DNA of 53,845 nt from a virus (Duplodnaviria > Caudoviricetes): IMG/VR virus record IMGVR_UViG_3300042486_000458, positions 1-53,845 of that record. One strand, written 5' to 3'. Within the stretch, counting starts at the first letter, position 1. Every line of letters begins with the position of its first letter. Both the position numbers and the translations under genes were made by a program. Positions 1-8,877 of this stretch are shown here, piece after piece. Under the pieces are notes generated by a model. It worked only from the letters and a program-made list of their open reading frames with translations. It was not told where the DNA came from and did not search any database.

Positions 1-1
1 T

Positions 2-277
2 GCTACATACGCTGCTACAGACGCTGCTACATACGCTGCTACATACGCTGCTACACGCGATGCTACAGACGCTGCTACATACGCTGCTACACGCGATGCT
101 ACACGCGATGCTACAGACGCTGCTACATACGCTGCTACACGCGATGCTACACACGCTGCTACAGACGCTGCTACACGCGATGCTACATACGCTGCTACAC
201 ACGCTGCTACAGACGCTGCTACACGCGATGCTACATACGCTGCTACAGACGCTGCTACATACGCTGCTACAGACGCT
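2..277 (+). repeat. 23 tandem 12-bp units GCTACA(G/T/C)ACGCT or GCTACACGCGAT, coding ATDA/ATYA/ATHA/ATRD
   Basis: Read unit by unit: Y D Y Y R D Y R R D Y R H D R Y H D R Y D Y D. Confidence 0.97.
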
Positions 278-1042
278 GCTCAATTTGATAGGAAATATAA
301 TAATACAAACTACTATACGGATACATCTGGGTACGTATCTGCTGGTATAGCGTTAGGAGTTGGTAAATTCGGGTTTGAATGCGCTGCGTTATCTTGGCGT
401 ATGTATCAAGGGGGTAATTTTTGGTCAGGATGGGCAGCGTTCCTGTCATTTTTTAAAGATGTTGCCAAACTCCCATTAGATTGTAGTAAATATATTCACT
501 GGGAAAATGCGGCCATACACGGCTCTTTTCGCATTATGCATTCTGATTTCTGTATGGTTTCAGATCGGCCTAGGGTATTAAAACTTGATGACCAAGGACG
601 CGCACATTGCGAAACAGGGCCATACATACAGTGGGCAGACGGTTCAGGTATATATGCATGGCATGGTACGAGAGTGCCAGCTATTTGGATTGAGGATAAA
701 TCATCTTTGACACCTGAAATTGCTTTAACTTGGGAAAATGTAGAGCAACGCAGGGCTGCTTGTGAGATACTTGGTTGGCATAATGTGCTTGAGCATCCTA
801 GCCTAAACCCGAAGATTATTGATACTGATGAACCGCATATCGGTGAGTTAATCGAGGTTGATTTACCTGATGCGCCAAAGCAGCGGTTTCTAAAGGTGCA
901 ATGTGGCACGGGTAGAACATTTGCTTTATCTATAAATGATAGAAAGTATAATACTGCTTTACACGCCAATGCTGCCATAGGTGGATGGAGGCATGATAGC
1001 AACGATGACCCAATGAATTTCATTCCAATGTTTAGAACTTGA
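2..1042 (+). CDS. C-terminal part of a DUF6745-like repeat protein (gene starts at 53260 and crosses the junction)
   Basis: Frame 2 is open from base 2 through the AT(D/Y/H)A/ATRD repeats into the 401..1042 ORF. Motifs GRAHCETGPYIQWADGSGIYAWHG, ENVEQRRAACEILGW and LKVQCGTGR are typical of DUF6745-type phage proteins. Confidence 0.8.
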   Translation, partial: ATYAATDAATYAATYAATRDATDAATYAATRDATRDATDAATYAATRDATHAATDAATRDATYAATHAATDAATRDATYAATDAATYAATDAAQFDRKYNNTNYYTDTSGYVSAGIALGVGKFGFECAALSWRMYQGGNFWSGWAAFLSFFKDVAKLPLDCSKYIHWENAAIHGSFRIMHSDFCMVSDRPRVLKLDDQGRAHCETGPYIQWADGSGIYAWHGTRVPAIWIEDKSSLTPEIALTWENVEQRRAACEILGWHNVLEHPSLNPKIIDTDEPHIGELIEVDLPDAPKQRFLKVQCGTGRTFALSINDRKYNTALHANAAIGGWRHDSNDDPMNFIPMFRT

Positions 1043-1068
1043 TTTTTAAAACCAAAAGGAGAAGTAAA

Positions 1069-1488
1069 ATGGAAGTAGTAAAATTAACGCATGATATGTT
1101 CAAGTCAGGGCAGCCAATAGCGCAAGGAGAGGCTAGAATATGGCTTAAGCAATACGCACCCAAAAGTGTGCTTGATAAATTAGGAAAACTTAAAAATCTT
1201 CAAGAGCTTAAACTTGAAAACGGTATGCTTATTGTCGCGCATTCCGAATCAGGGCATCACCACGTTCTTGAGCCTGTTGCAAAAAACATGCCCATATCGC
1301 AAGCAGCAAAGCTACTGATTGATGACACGAATGCACTAATTGGTGAATTACAAATAGCAAATGATTGCTACTTGTTGCACCAAAGAGGGCACGATACTCA
1401 TAAAGCGTTTTTATTACCAGCAGGTACGTATGTCAGGTCTTTGGATGAGGAAACTTCTCCGGAAGGCTGGCGCAGAGTGGCTGATTAA
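1069..1488 (+). CDS. His-rich small partner of the DUF6745-like protein (cupin-like metal-binding motifs)
   Basis: AGGAG RBS before ATG 1069. Motifs QGE, AHSESGHHH, HQRGHDTH, LPAGTY and terminal RRVAD. Confidence 0.7.
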   Translation: MEVVKLTHDMFKSGQPIAQGEARIWLKQYAPKSVLDKLGKLKNLQELKLENGMLIVAHSESGHHHVLEPVAKNMPISQAAKLLIDDTNALIGELQIANDCYLLHQRGHDTHKAFLLPAGTYVRSLDEETSPEGWRRVAD

Positions 1489-1504
1489 GAAAGGAATATA
1501 TATC

Positions 1505-1918
1505 ATGAACTTAGATTTAAAAAACTTAAGCCTTGAACAGTTAGTCGCGGAAGCGAAGGCGGCGAAGGGTATGAAAAAACAATGGGACGATCATTTATCG
1601 TGCGTGTTAAGCGAAATTGTTTTGCGGAACAATGATAGAATAAACGACCAACTCGCGCAAAAAGATGATCCATTCGGTACTGTGCGCGTGGATGATTTGA
1701 AGTTTACCGTTCCGAAGGCTGTTATTTGGGATCAGGAAAAGCTCGCAAGGCTTCATTCTGAAATCAGCAATGCGGGTGATAATCCTGATGAATACATGGC
1801 TGTAAATTACAAAGTGCGGGAAGCTGCGTTTAAGAATTGGCCTACGCATATTCAGGAGTGTTTCGCAGATGCGCGTACTGTGAAGCAAGGAACAATCAAA
1901 CTAGAGCTGGAGGATTAG
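1505..1918 (+). CDS. Conserved phage protein of the replication/recombination module
   Basis: AAGGA RBS before ATG 1505. Sits upstream of the AAA ATPase/SSB genes. Confidence 0.7.
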   Translation: MNLDLKNLSLEQLVAEAKAAKGMKKQWDDHLSCVLSEIVLRNNDRINDQLAQKDDPFGTVRVDDLKFTVPKAVIWDQEKLARLHSEISNAGDNPDEYMAVNYKVREAAFKNWPTHIQECFADARTVKQGTIKLELED

Positions 1919-1921
1919 TAT

Positions 1922-2314
1922 ATGGACCAAAGAATACCTGATTTATCACAAACAAGATTGGCAGCGGATACATTGCTGGCAGCTTGTCATTTAAGGGCTT
2001 TAAAGGCTGGCTGGTGGAATTCCCTTGAAACAGGCGAGCATATCAGAAGGCCAGTGCCTGAGCTTTTATGCTTGATCCATAGCGAGATTAGTGAAGCTCT
2101 TGAAGGGTATCGCAAGTCTTTGCGTGATGATAAATTACCACATAGGGAAATGCTGGAAGTCGAGCTTGCCGATGCGGTAATACGAATTTTTGATATGGCT
2201 GGCGGCTATGGTTTAGACATAGGCGGCGCGATAGCAGAAAAACTAGAGTACAATAGTAACCGCGAGGATCATAAAGTTGAAAATCGCAAACAACAAAACG
2301 GAAAAAGGATATAG
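1922..2314 (+). CDS. MazG-like nucleotide pyrophosphohydrolase
   Basis: LIHSEISEALE...EVELADAVIRIFD all-alpha NTP-PPase acidic motif. Confidence 0.8.
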   Translation: MDQRIPDLSQTRLAADTLLAACHLRALKAGWWNSLETGEHIRRPVPELLCLIHSEISEALEGYRKSLRDDKLPHREMLEVELADAVIRIFDMAGGYGLDIGGAIAEKLEYNSNREDHKVENRKQQNGKRI

Positions 2315-2316
2315 AT

Positions 2317-2490
2317 ATGAGTGACTTGATTGATAAAAAGTTATTGCAACACAAAACAACAGCATTGCTTGAGTTTCTGGGTCAGCAAGATATGACGAGC
2401 GCAGAATGCCAATTGGTTATGGCAACAGCAACTGATTTTATTCGCACTCAAAGTATAAGAGGTTTACTTTTAGGAGGCCATGATGCTTAA
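2317..2490 (+). CDS. Small hypothetical protein (57 aa, not in ORF track)
   Basis: ATG 2317 after AAGGA; fills the gap between neighbours; MSDLIDKKLL...GGHDA. Confidence 0.6.
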   Translation: MSDLIDKKLLQHKTTALLEFLGQQDMTSAECQLVMATATDFIRTQSIRGLLLGGHDA

Positions 2491-3259
2491 CATCGAAAAG
2501 CGAAAACCTAAGCCACCAAGGATTTTAATTTATGGTCCTCAAAAGATTGGTAAATCAACATTTGGAGCGGCTGCACCTAATCCAATATTTTTACCGACAG
2601 AAGATGGGCTTGATAACTTGAGTGCGGATTCTTTCCCGCTTGCGAGGGATTGGGCCACGGTTATGAATAATTTAACCGAGTTATGCACAAAAGATCATAG
2701 CTATCAAACACTTGTTGTTGATAGCGTCGATTGGCTTGAGCGTCTTGTCTGGGATCAGGTTGCTAAAGAAAACGGCAAAAAGCAGATTGAGGATATAGGG
2801 TATGGCAAAGGGTATTTGATGGCTATTGATTTATGGCGCGAATACTTGGAAGCCTTGGACTATCTTCGATCTGAAAAGAATATGCTTATCATTCAGATCG
2901 CACATTCCGAAATTAAGCGTTTTGAAAACCCTGAAACAGATGGTTATGATCGGTACGTTATCAAGCTGCATAAAAATGCTGCTTCAGTCCTAATGGAATA
3001 CGCCGAGATTATTCTTTTTGCTAATTACTATGTTGGCGTAAAGAAAAGCAAGAATGGATTTTCCGAAACATCTAAAGCTGTGGGTTCTGGTGAACGTATT
3101 CTTTACACAGAAGAACGACCAGCATTTATTGCAGGGAATAGGTACGACCTACCAACCGAAATTCCATTTGATAAGAATGGAGAGTATTGGAATGTGATAG
3201 CGCAACACGTTCCGTTTTTTAAAGCGCAATTTATTAACGAGGAGACTACAAATGGCTAA
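2480..3259 (+). CDS. AAA-family ATPase (Sak4-like annealing recombinase)
   Basis: Walker A GPQKIGKS, Walker B LVVDS, GYGKGY and IAH motifs; followed by SSB and exonuclease. Confidence 0.85.
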   Translation: MMLNIEKRKPKPPRILIYGPQKIGKSTFGAAAPNPIFLPTEDGLDNLSADSFPLARDWATVMNNLTELCTKDHSYQTLVVDSVDWLERLVWDQVAKENGKKQIEDIGYGKGYLMAIDLWREYLEALDYLRSEKNMLIIQIAHSEIKRFENPETDGYDRYVIKLHKNAASVLMEYAEIILFANYYVGVKKSKNGFSETSKAVGSGERILYTEERPAFIAGNRYDLPTEIPFDKNGEYWNVIAQHVPFFKAQFINEETTNG

Positions 3260-3752
3260 ATTATTTGAACCTTTCAATATCGCAGATGTGCCTGAGAATC
3301 AGTACGAACTGATTGCGCCGGGCAAGTATCAGGCAATGATCGTCGCAAACACTTTGAAGGAAAATAAGGCAAAAGACGGTGCTTACTACGAGCTTGAGGT
3401 TTCTATCCAGACGCCAAGCGGAAGTAAAACACTGAAAGAAATGCTGAATATCCAGAACAAGAACGAAACAGCAGTCAGAATTGCGCAGCAAACACTGCGT
3501 GATATTTGTATTGCTTGTAACAAAACTTCTATTCAAGACCTTGATGAAGTCATGAATATCAGGATGCTTGTTAATGTTGTTGTTGAAGGTGTTGGCAAGA
3601 AATATACCGACTCAACAACAGGTGAGGAAAAGGAAAGTAAGGGGCAAAACCGTATTAAGAAATACGAGCCTTACAATGCAAATGCAGCAACACAGCAGGC
3701 GCAGGCTAGCACGCAGGCGACTGATAACCGCCCGATCTGGCAGAAGCGTTAA
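3252..3752 (+). CDS. DUF669-like single-stranded DNA-binding protein
   Basis: IAPGKYQAMI...NRIKKYEP, Ala/Gln-rich tail ending PIWQKR; synteny after the Sak4-like gene. Confidence 0.75.
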   Translation: MAKLFEPFNIADVPENQYELIAPGKYQAMIVANTLKENKAKDGAYYELEVSIQTPSGSKTLKEMLNIQNKNETAVRIAQQTLRDICIACNKTSIQDLDEVMNIRMLVNVVVEGVGKKYTDSTTGEEKESKGQNRIKKYEPYNANAATQQAQASTQATDNRPIWQKR

Positions 3753-3761
3753 GTAAAAATC

Positions 3762-3796
3762 AGCCCTAAGCATGGCTTAAAACTGCTTATTTTTTT
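3762..3796 (+). promoter_or_regulatory. Candidate H-type RNA pseudoknot followed by a U tract
   Basis: AGCC 3762-65 pairs with GGCT 3774-77; TAAGCA 3767-72 pairs with TGCTTA 3784-89. Confidence 0.55.
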
Positions 3797-3808
3797 GAGA
3801 GGATAAAA

Positions 3809-4513
3809 ATGTCAGCACCAACACCACGCGATCCTATTCTGGACGCGATTGATGAAATATTGATTAAAGACAACGAGAATCAGCCCAATAGAGATTATAT
3901 CGGGGCTTCCATTGTTGGTGAACCGTGTTCGCGTAAGGTATGGATTAAGTACAATACGCACCATAAGGAAAAAATGAGCGCAGAATCAGTCCGCCGTATC
4001 AATGATGGCCATAGATGTGAGGCCGTAATGGCATCACTACTCAAGCGCGTGCCAAACGTGGAGCTTATAACGCATGATGAGGCTGGGCAGCAATACGGTT
4101 TTAAGAATGGCGTTATGCGCGGTCATTATGATGGCGTTATAAACGGCATTAGAGGACTTTCCACTTGGGCGATATGGGAACACAAGGCAACAAATGAGAA
4201 GAATTTTAACAAGTTGGTAAAACTTGCCTCGAACCTTGAACATATGGCGTTGCAGCAATGGAATCCTGTTTATTACGCACAGGCCGTTGTCAATATGCAC
4301 CATGAGAAGTTGGATTACCATTATATGACAGTATCAACCGCAGGACTGCGTGATTATACCAGCGTATTGACAGAGGCAAACCCGACATTTGCGGAAGGGC
4401 TGATTACGAAGGCAAATAGGCTGGCGACAATGAAAGAGCCACCACAGAAGATTGGCGGTAAGGATTATTTCGGATGTAAGATGTGCTGCTTTTATGAGGT
4501 ATGCCATGCTTAA
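3809..4513 (+). CDS. Cas4-like PD-(D/E)XK exonuclease with Fe-S cysteines
   Basis: YIGAS..GEPCSR, GHYDG, WEHK, YAQ and C-terminal CKMCCFYEVC. Confidence 0.8.
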   Translation: MSAPTPRDPILDAIDEILIKDNENQPNRDYIGASIVGEPCSRKVWIKYNTHHKEKMSAESVRRINDGHRCEAVMASLLKRVPNVELITHDEAGQQYGFKNGVMRGHYDGVINGIRGLSTWAIWEHKATNEKNFNKLVKLASNLEHMALQQWNPVYYAQAVVNMHHEKLDYHYMTVSTAGLRDYTSVLTEANPTFAEGLITKANRLATMKEPPQKIGGKDYFGCKMCCFYEVCHA

Positions 4514-7103
4514 CTTGCGTTACTATCAGCGCGATGCAGTCGATTCTGCGTGGCGATACTTACAATCCAACCATGGCAATCCGCTGATTGTGATCCCGAC
4601 CGGCGGAGGTAAATCGGCAGTATTATCGAAAATAATAGAAGAGGCAATGCAATACGATCAGGCGCGTATCATTGTCGCCACGCACGTTAAGGAATTGGTG
4701 CAACAGAATTACGAGGAGTATATAGGCTTATCACCTTTTGCGCCTGCGGGTATTTACAGCGCAGGACTAAATCGGCGTGATCATCATGCGCGTATCTTAT
4801 TCGCTGGCATCCAGTCTATTTATAACAAGGCCGAAAAGCTGCAACGCTGCGATTTGCTACTTATTGATGAGTGCCACACTATAGCTCAGAAAGATGATGG
4901 CAGGTGGCGCACGTTTCTAGGCCATATGCAGGCGATTAATAGAGGTATGCGGATTATTGGCCTGACAGCCACACCATACAGACTTGATAGCGGTATGCTT
5001 ACCACAGGCGAGAATAAAATATTTGATGATATTTGCTATGAATACCCGTTGCTCAGAGCAATTGAAGATGGATACTTATGCCCTATCGTGCCGACCACTA
5101 TGGCAACGCGGTATGATTTATCGAATGTGCGGACACTTGGCGGCGATTACAAACAAGATGAACTTGAAGCGGCTTTTAATATTGATGAAAAAACAATGAG
5201 GGCCATTGATGAAATAGAAGCCTACGGACAAGACCGCCGTAGCTGGCTTATATTCGCCGCTGGTAACAATCACGCTTATGCCATACATGAGGAATTAAAG
5301 AAACGTGGCTATCTTGGTGCAGTTGTAACGAAGGATACCAACAATACAGACCGCGATAGAGCAACAGCAGAGATAAAGAATTATAAGATTAGGTATTTGG
5401 TGAATAACAAGGTATTCACAACTGGTTTTAACGCCAAGAATATTGATCTGATTGCCGACTTTGGCGCGACTAAATCCGCTGGTTTACATGTTCAAAAACT
5501 CGGGCGCGGCACGAGAACAATTGGCGCAAATATTGAACAGAGCATTGCGAACGGAAAATCTAATTGTATATCCAGTGGATCTTTAGTTTTGACTAATTAC
5601 GGCCTAATTCCTATTGAAAAAATTACGAAAAATATGAAAGTTTGGGATGGTATTGATTTTGTAAATCACGATGGTATTATATTTCGCGGTGTTAAAGAAT
5701 GCATAAAATATGCTGGTTTAATAGCAACCCCAGATCATAAGGTATTGACAAAAAATGGATGGAAAAGTTTTAAAGAGTGCGCGGACAATAACATTGGAAT
5801 TAGAGTTGCGGAAAAAAATGGGGAAGCAATACAATTTTCTAGAAATATATTCCGATCAGATTCAAGAAAAAAAAGGATCGAAGAGGTCCTATGTTTTAAC
5901 AAAATGCGTTTTGTGCCAAAAGATATCAATGAAGGAATATACGAGTTTAATGATGTCAAAAGCTGGTTGCAGAAAATGTGGGAGAAAAAGAAACAAAAGC
6001 AAGCCAGTTTTTGGTGTTCCAAAATGGTTATGGGGGAGGTGCAATTCAGCGAAGCAGAGGTGTGTAAACAAAAGAAATCAAAGTTACAAAAATTATGGAG
6101 GAAGGGGGGTGCAATTCAAATTTGGGACTGCGAATCATATGGGGAAATATATAATGGAGAACCTTGGGTTAAACGCAGAATTACAAATAGACAGAATAGA
6201 CAACAATGGCCACTACGAGCCCGGAAATTTAAGGCTAGTAAAACCCAAAATAAATATGAACAATCAAAGGACAAGTTTTGGGACAAAAAATATGCACTTA
6301 TTCAGAAAGGAGTACCCGCAGGTAAGATATGCAGACTCTACAATAATAAGACTGTTAAGAATGGGTCTAACTCCTCAAGACATAGAGCATCGCTTTTTCA
6401 ATCTAAAGTCATGCAAACCGAAAGGGAAGTATGGGACATACTCAATTGCGGACCAAGAAATTCTTTCTGTGTTAATGGATTAATTGTTCATAATTGTGTC
6501 TTGCTCGATTTTGCCCGCAACGTGGATTACCACGGGCCACTTGATAAGATACGCGGTAGGGATAAATCATCAAAGGGCGATGCTGATGCACCAGTCAAGG
6601 TTTGTCCGCAGTGCAATCAGGTTTGCTTTGCGGGATTGCGCACATGCTTTAAATGCGGTTATGAATTTCCATTTGATGAGCAGAATAAAATAAGAACGGA
6701 TGGTGGCGATAATGCCATACTATCCACACAGATTGAACCTGAGTGGCATAAGGTTGCAAGTGTCGCGTATGATTTGCACCAGAAGGAAGGTAAAACGCCA
6801 AGTATGCGGGTATCTTATTTTACCTTTAATGGCATATACCGCGAATGGATATGTTTCGAGCATAGCGGATTTGCGAAGAAAAAAGCGCAAACGTGGCACA
6901 TGAACAGGCTTTTTAGAGAGGAAATACCAACAACGATAGATGCGGCTCTAAAGTTAAAGTATCCGAACCCGACCAAAATACTTGTCCTTCAAGATGGAAA
7001 ATACCCACAGATATTGGATTATGATTTTAAAACTTCGACAAATGAAGAAGAAGTTAAAACTTATAGGGGTATGGATGATGATGAAGATTATATCCCGTTT
7101 TAA
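4506..7103 (+). CDS. SF2 DEAD/DEAH-like helicase with C-terminal zinc finger, intein-containing
   Basis: LRYYQ, PTGGGKS, DECH, GLTATPYR, QKLGRGTR, CPQC..CFKCG. ATG 4506 follows GAGG. Confidence 0.92.
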   Translation: MLNLRYYQRDAVDSAWRYLQSNHGNPLIVIPTGGGKSAVLSKIIEEAMQYDQARIIVATHVKELVQQNYEEYIGLSPFAPAGIYSAGLNRRDHHARILFAGIQSIYNKAEKLQRCDLLLIDECHTIAQKDDGRWRTFLGHMQAINRGMRIIGLTATPYRLDSGMLTTGENKIFDDICYEYPLLRAIEDGYLCPIVPTTMATRYDLSNVRTLGGDYKQDELEAAFNIDEKTMRAIDEIEAYGQDRRSWLIFAAGNNHAYAIHEELKKRGYLGAVVTKDTNNTDRDRATAEIKNYKIRYLVNNKVFTTGFNAKNIDLIADFGATKSAGLHVQKLGRGTRTIGANIEQSIANGKSNCISSGSLVLTNYGLIPIEKITKNMKVWDGIDFVNHDGIIFRGVKECIKYAGLIATPDHKVLTKNGWKSFKECADNNIGIRVAEKNGEAIQFSRNIFRSDSRKKRIEEVLCFNKMRFVPKDINEGIYEFNDVKSWLQKMWEKKKQKQASFWCSKMVMGEVQFSEAEVCKQKKSKLQKLWRKGGAIQIWDCESYGEIYNGEPWVKRRITNRQNRQQWPLRARKFKASKTQNKYEQSKDKFWDKKYALIQKGVPAGKICRLYNNKTVKNGSNSSRHRASLFQSKVMQTEREVWDILNCGPRNSFCVNGLIVHNCVLLDFARNVDYHGPLDKIRGRDKSSKGDADAPVKVCPQCNQVCFAGLRTCFKCGYEFPFDEQNKIRTDGGDNAILSTQIEPEWHKVASVAYDLHQKEGKTPSMRVSYFTFNGIYREWICFEHSGFAKKKAQTWHMNRLFREEIPTTIDAALKLKYPNPTKILVLQDGKYPQILDYDFKTSTNEEEVKTYRGMDDDEDYIPF
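5565..6494 (+). mobile_element. Intein (310 aa) in the helicase
   Basis: Block A CISSGSLVLT, block B TPDH, block F/G EVWDI...NGLIVHN, +1 Cys. Removing it restores GKSN/CVLLDFARNVDYHGP. Confidence 0.92.
5755..6483 (+). CDS. HNH homing-endonuclease-like protein nested in the intein, +1 frame
   Basis: CVLC/CRKCG zinc motifs, KQRC..KNYGGRGV, QIDRIDNNGHYEPGNLR..NMNN. Alternative start ATG 5818. Confidence 0.85.
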   Translation: MDGKVLKSARTITLELELRKKMGKQYNFLEIYSDQIQEKKGSKRSYVLTKCVLCQKISMKEYTSLMMSKAGCRKCGRKRNKSKPVFGVPKWLWGRCNSAKQRCVNKRNQSYKNYGGRGVQFKFGTANHMGKYIMENLGLNAELQIDRIDNNGHYEPGNLRLVKPKINMNNQRTSFGTKNMHLFRKEYPQVRYADSTIIRLLRMGLTPQDIEHRFFNLKSCKPKGKYGTYSIADQEILSVLMD

Positions 7104-7123
7104 AAAATATTTTAAAAAAGATG

Positions 7124-7152
7124 TTGACTGTCCCGTAATAGAGATATATAAA
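7124..7152 (+). promoter_or_regulatory. Sigma70-type promoter for the accessory gene cluster
   Basis: TTGACT-17-TATAAA with AT-rich upstream tract; GTTATATAAC palindrome at 7154-7163. Confidence 0.65.
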
Positions 7153-7181
7153 AGTTATATAACACAAGGAAAGGATATTTT

Positions 7182-7382
7182 ATGAGAACTTTATTAATGA
7201 TTGCAGGATTGTTGTCAATCGGTCTTGCGATATTTTTAGCGTGGGTTACGCATTGTGCTTGGTGGATTAAGTTACTGATGAATGAGCAGATGGATACCGC
7301 TGGTGAAGGTATTTTGGCCGTATTGGGCACTACCTTCCCCCCAATTGGTGTAATCCATGGGTTTATTTTATGGTTCTCGTAA
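7182..7382 (+). CDS. Small membrane protein
   Basis: Two hydrophobic segments, PPIGVIHG, AAGGA RBS. Confidence 0.7.
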   Translation: MRTLLMIAGLLSIGLAIFLAWVTHCAWWIKLLMNEQMDTAGEGILAVLGTTFPPIGVIHGFILWFS

Positions 7383-7401
7383 TTATTTAAGGAAACACAC
7401 A

Positions 7402-7866
7402 ATGTTTAAATACGAACACCCAGTAAAGGACTTCATCCAAGACGCTGTGGATATTGCAACGCCGCATTTGATGACAGGAAGTGCCGCGAATAAGTTTAAA
7501 ATCGCTATTCACATGGTTTTGACTAACGTTGATGACCTGATATGGGGACGCGATGCCGCAGCAAAAGACCGCGATAAGTACAAAATAAAGGCCGCAGAGC
7601 TATCCGAGAAGCTCAAGGTATACGAAGGCATAGACAAAGGCGCGATTAAACAACAACAGCTTGAATCACGGCTTATCAAAGAGGTCCATGAAGATGCTAT
7701 CTTCGTAGGTATGGGGCAGGAAGGCGCGATACTGATTAAGGTGCTTGAAGATGGGCGGATGTTTAACGAGTATGGCGAGGTCTGGGACAAGACTGATCTG
7801 GACCACTGCGAGCGGTTCATAGAGCTGCCAGATGCTTATTATAAATGGTTTAAGGCTGTGAGGTAG
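7402..7866 (+). CDS. Hypothetical protein
   Basis: AAGGA RBS before ATG 7402. Confidence 0.7.
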   Translation: MFKYEHPVKDFIQDAVDIATPHLMTGSAANKFKIAIHMVLTNVDDLIWGRDAAAKDRDKYKIKAAELSEKLKVYEGIDKGAIKQQQLESRLIKEVHEDAIFVGMGQEGAILIKVLEDGRMFNEYGEVWDKTDLDHCERFIELPDAYYKWFKAVR

Positions 7867-7868
7867 TT

Positions 7869-8246
7869 ATGGAGAAAGGAGAATTAGTTAATAATTTGTG
7901 TAGAATAAATGAGCGCATTGGTCTTTTGGAATTAATGATAGCGCACAGCAAAGAAACGCTATCCAAGATAAAATTAGAACGGGCTGATCTGTCCTATAAA
8001 TTGGATGAAATTGTGCTGGCTGAAAGAGAGAAGTATGACGGCATAGAAATTTCAGACCATGGGCTTATTAGATACCTTGAGAGAAAGCATAAGCTTGACC
8101 TAGATGTTTACCGTGATGAAATTTTAACTCCAGAAAATATTAAGCGTATAAAGGATGGGGCTAAAATTATTGATTTAGGGACTGTTAAGCTTGTTATTAA
8201 AAACAACACTGTTGTAACCGTTCTCGATGCAAATATGGAGGTATGA
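7869..8246 (+). CDS. Hypothetical protein (coiled coil plus SDHxxxRYLER motif)
   Basis: GAGG RBS; operon packing. Confidence 0.7.
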   Translation: MEKGELVNNLCRINERIGLLELMIAHSKETLSKIKLERADLSYKLDEIVLAEREKYDGIEISDHGLIRYLERKHKLDLDVYRDEILTPENIKRIKDGAKIIDLGTVKLVIKNNTVVTVLDANMEV

Positions 8247-8350
8247 TGACCCTATGCGGATTATGCCAAGGCGCACAGAAAATAAAACTCGAGTACACAA
8301 TATGCCCCGTTTGCAATCACGCAGGGGTACGGATTTTGAAAGGAAAGTAA
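8243..8350 (+). CDS. 35-aa zinc-finger microprotein
   Basis: ATGA overlap; CGLCQG...CPVCNHAG. Confidence 0.55.
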   Translation: MMTLCGLCQGAQKIKLEYTICPVCNHAGVRILKGK

Positions 8351-8351
8351 A

Positions 8352-8522
8352 ATGAACATTGAGCAAACAAAACGAGAAGAATTTAAAACGCTGTCTAAGG
8401 AATTAATTAGATGGCTAAATGAAAATTGCCACCCACACTGTGAAATACGAATAGATAATCAAAGTGCTGAACTTCTTGAGGGTCAATTTTGCGTTAGAAC
8501 AATGGCCTACATAAAGGATTAG
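8352..8522 (+). CDS. Conserved small phage protein (56 aa)
   Basis: AAGGA RBS; LIRWLNENCHPH...AELLEG. Confidence 0.7.
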   Translation: MNIEQTKREEFKTLSKELIRWLNENCHPHCEIRIDNQSAELLEGQFCVRTMAYIKD

Positions 8523-8526
8523 CAAC

Positions 8527-8877
8527 ATGACAACCAAACAAGAATTACCACAACCAGCGAGCGCGGCTTTGGAGGCCCTCAAGAGTTTGAATGATTTTCA
8601 AGAATTGAAGGGAACTTCAGAATACCATCCGCGTGTATTGGGCAACTTTCTTTGGATGCATAAGGAAACCATCCGCCAAGCCCTAGCGCAGGCTGCGTGG
8701 TTGCCGATCGACGAAAACACACCGAGAGACATCCCAATTCTAGGATGCGTAAGTGCGAATGGATGCAGAGATATTTTAACATTAGAAAATCCAGTTGATT
8801 GGAGATACGCAAGTTTCCCTGATTTATGGACGCCATTACCAGCCGCGCCAGTGGTGAAGGAGGGGAATAATGGCTAA
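8527..8877 (+). CDS. Hypothetical protein with DUF551-like C-terminus
   Basis: WLPID..PRDIPIL...WTPLPAAP. Confidence 0.6.
   Translation: MTTKQELPQPASAALEALKSLNDFQELKGTSEYHPRVLGNFLWMHKETIRQALAQAAWLPIDENTPRDIPILGCVSANGCRDILTLENPVDWRYASFPDLWTPLPAAPVVKEGNNG

Noticed and set aside
2-277. CRISPR array or DGR variable region
   Set aside because: No unique spacers, no cas operon, no reverse transcriptase, and the variation is not adenine-specific.
60-350. 96-aa MLQTLLHT ORF and the antisense CSSV ORF at 53488-53811
   Set aside because: Both are alternative frames of a stop-free 12-bp repeat. The ATxA frame is the one joined to an RBS and to the conserved domains.
3809-4513. CRISPR-associated cas4
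   Set aside because: Stand-alone phage exonuclease within a Sak4/SSB module.
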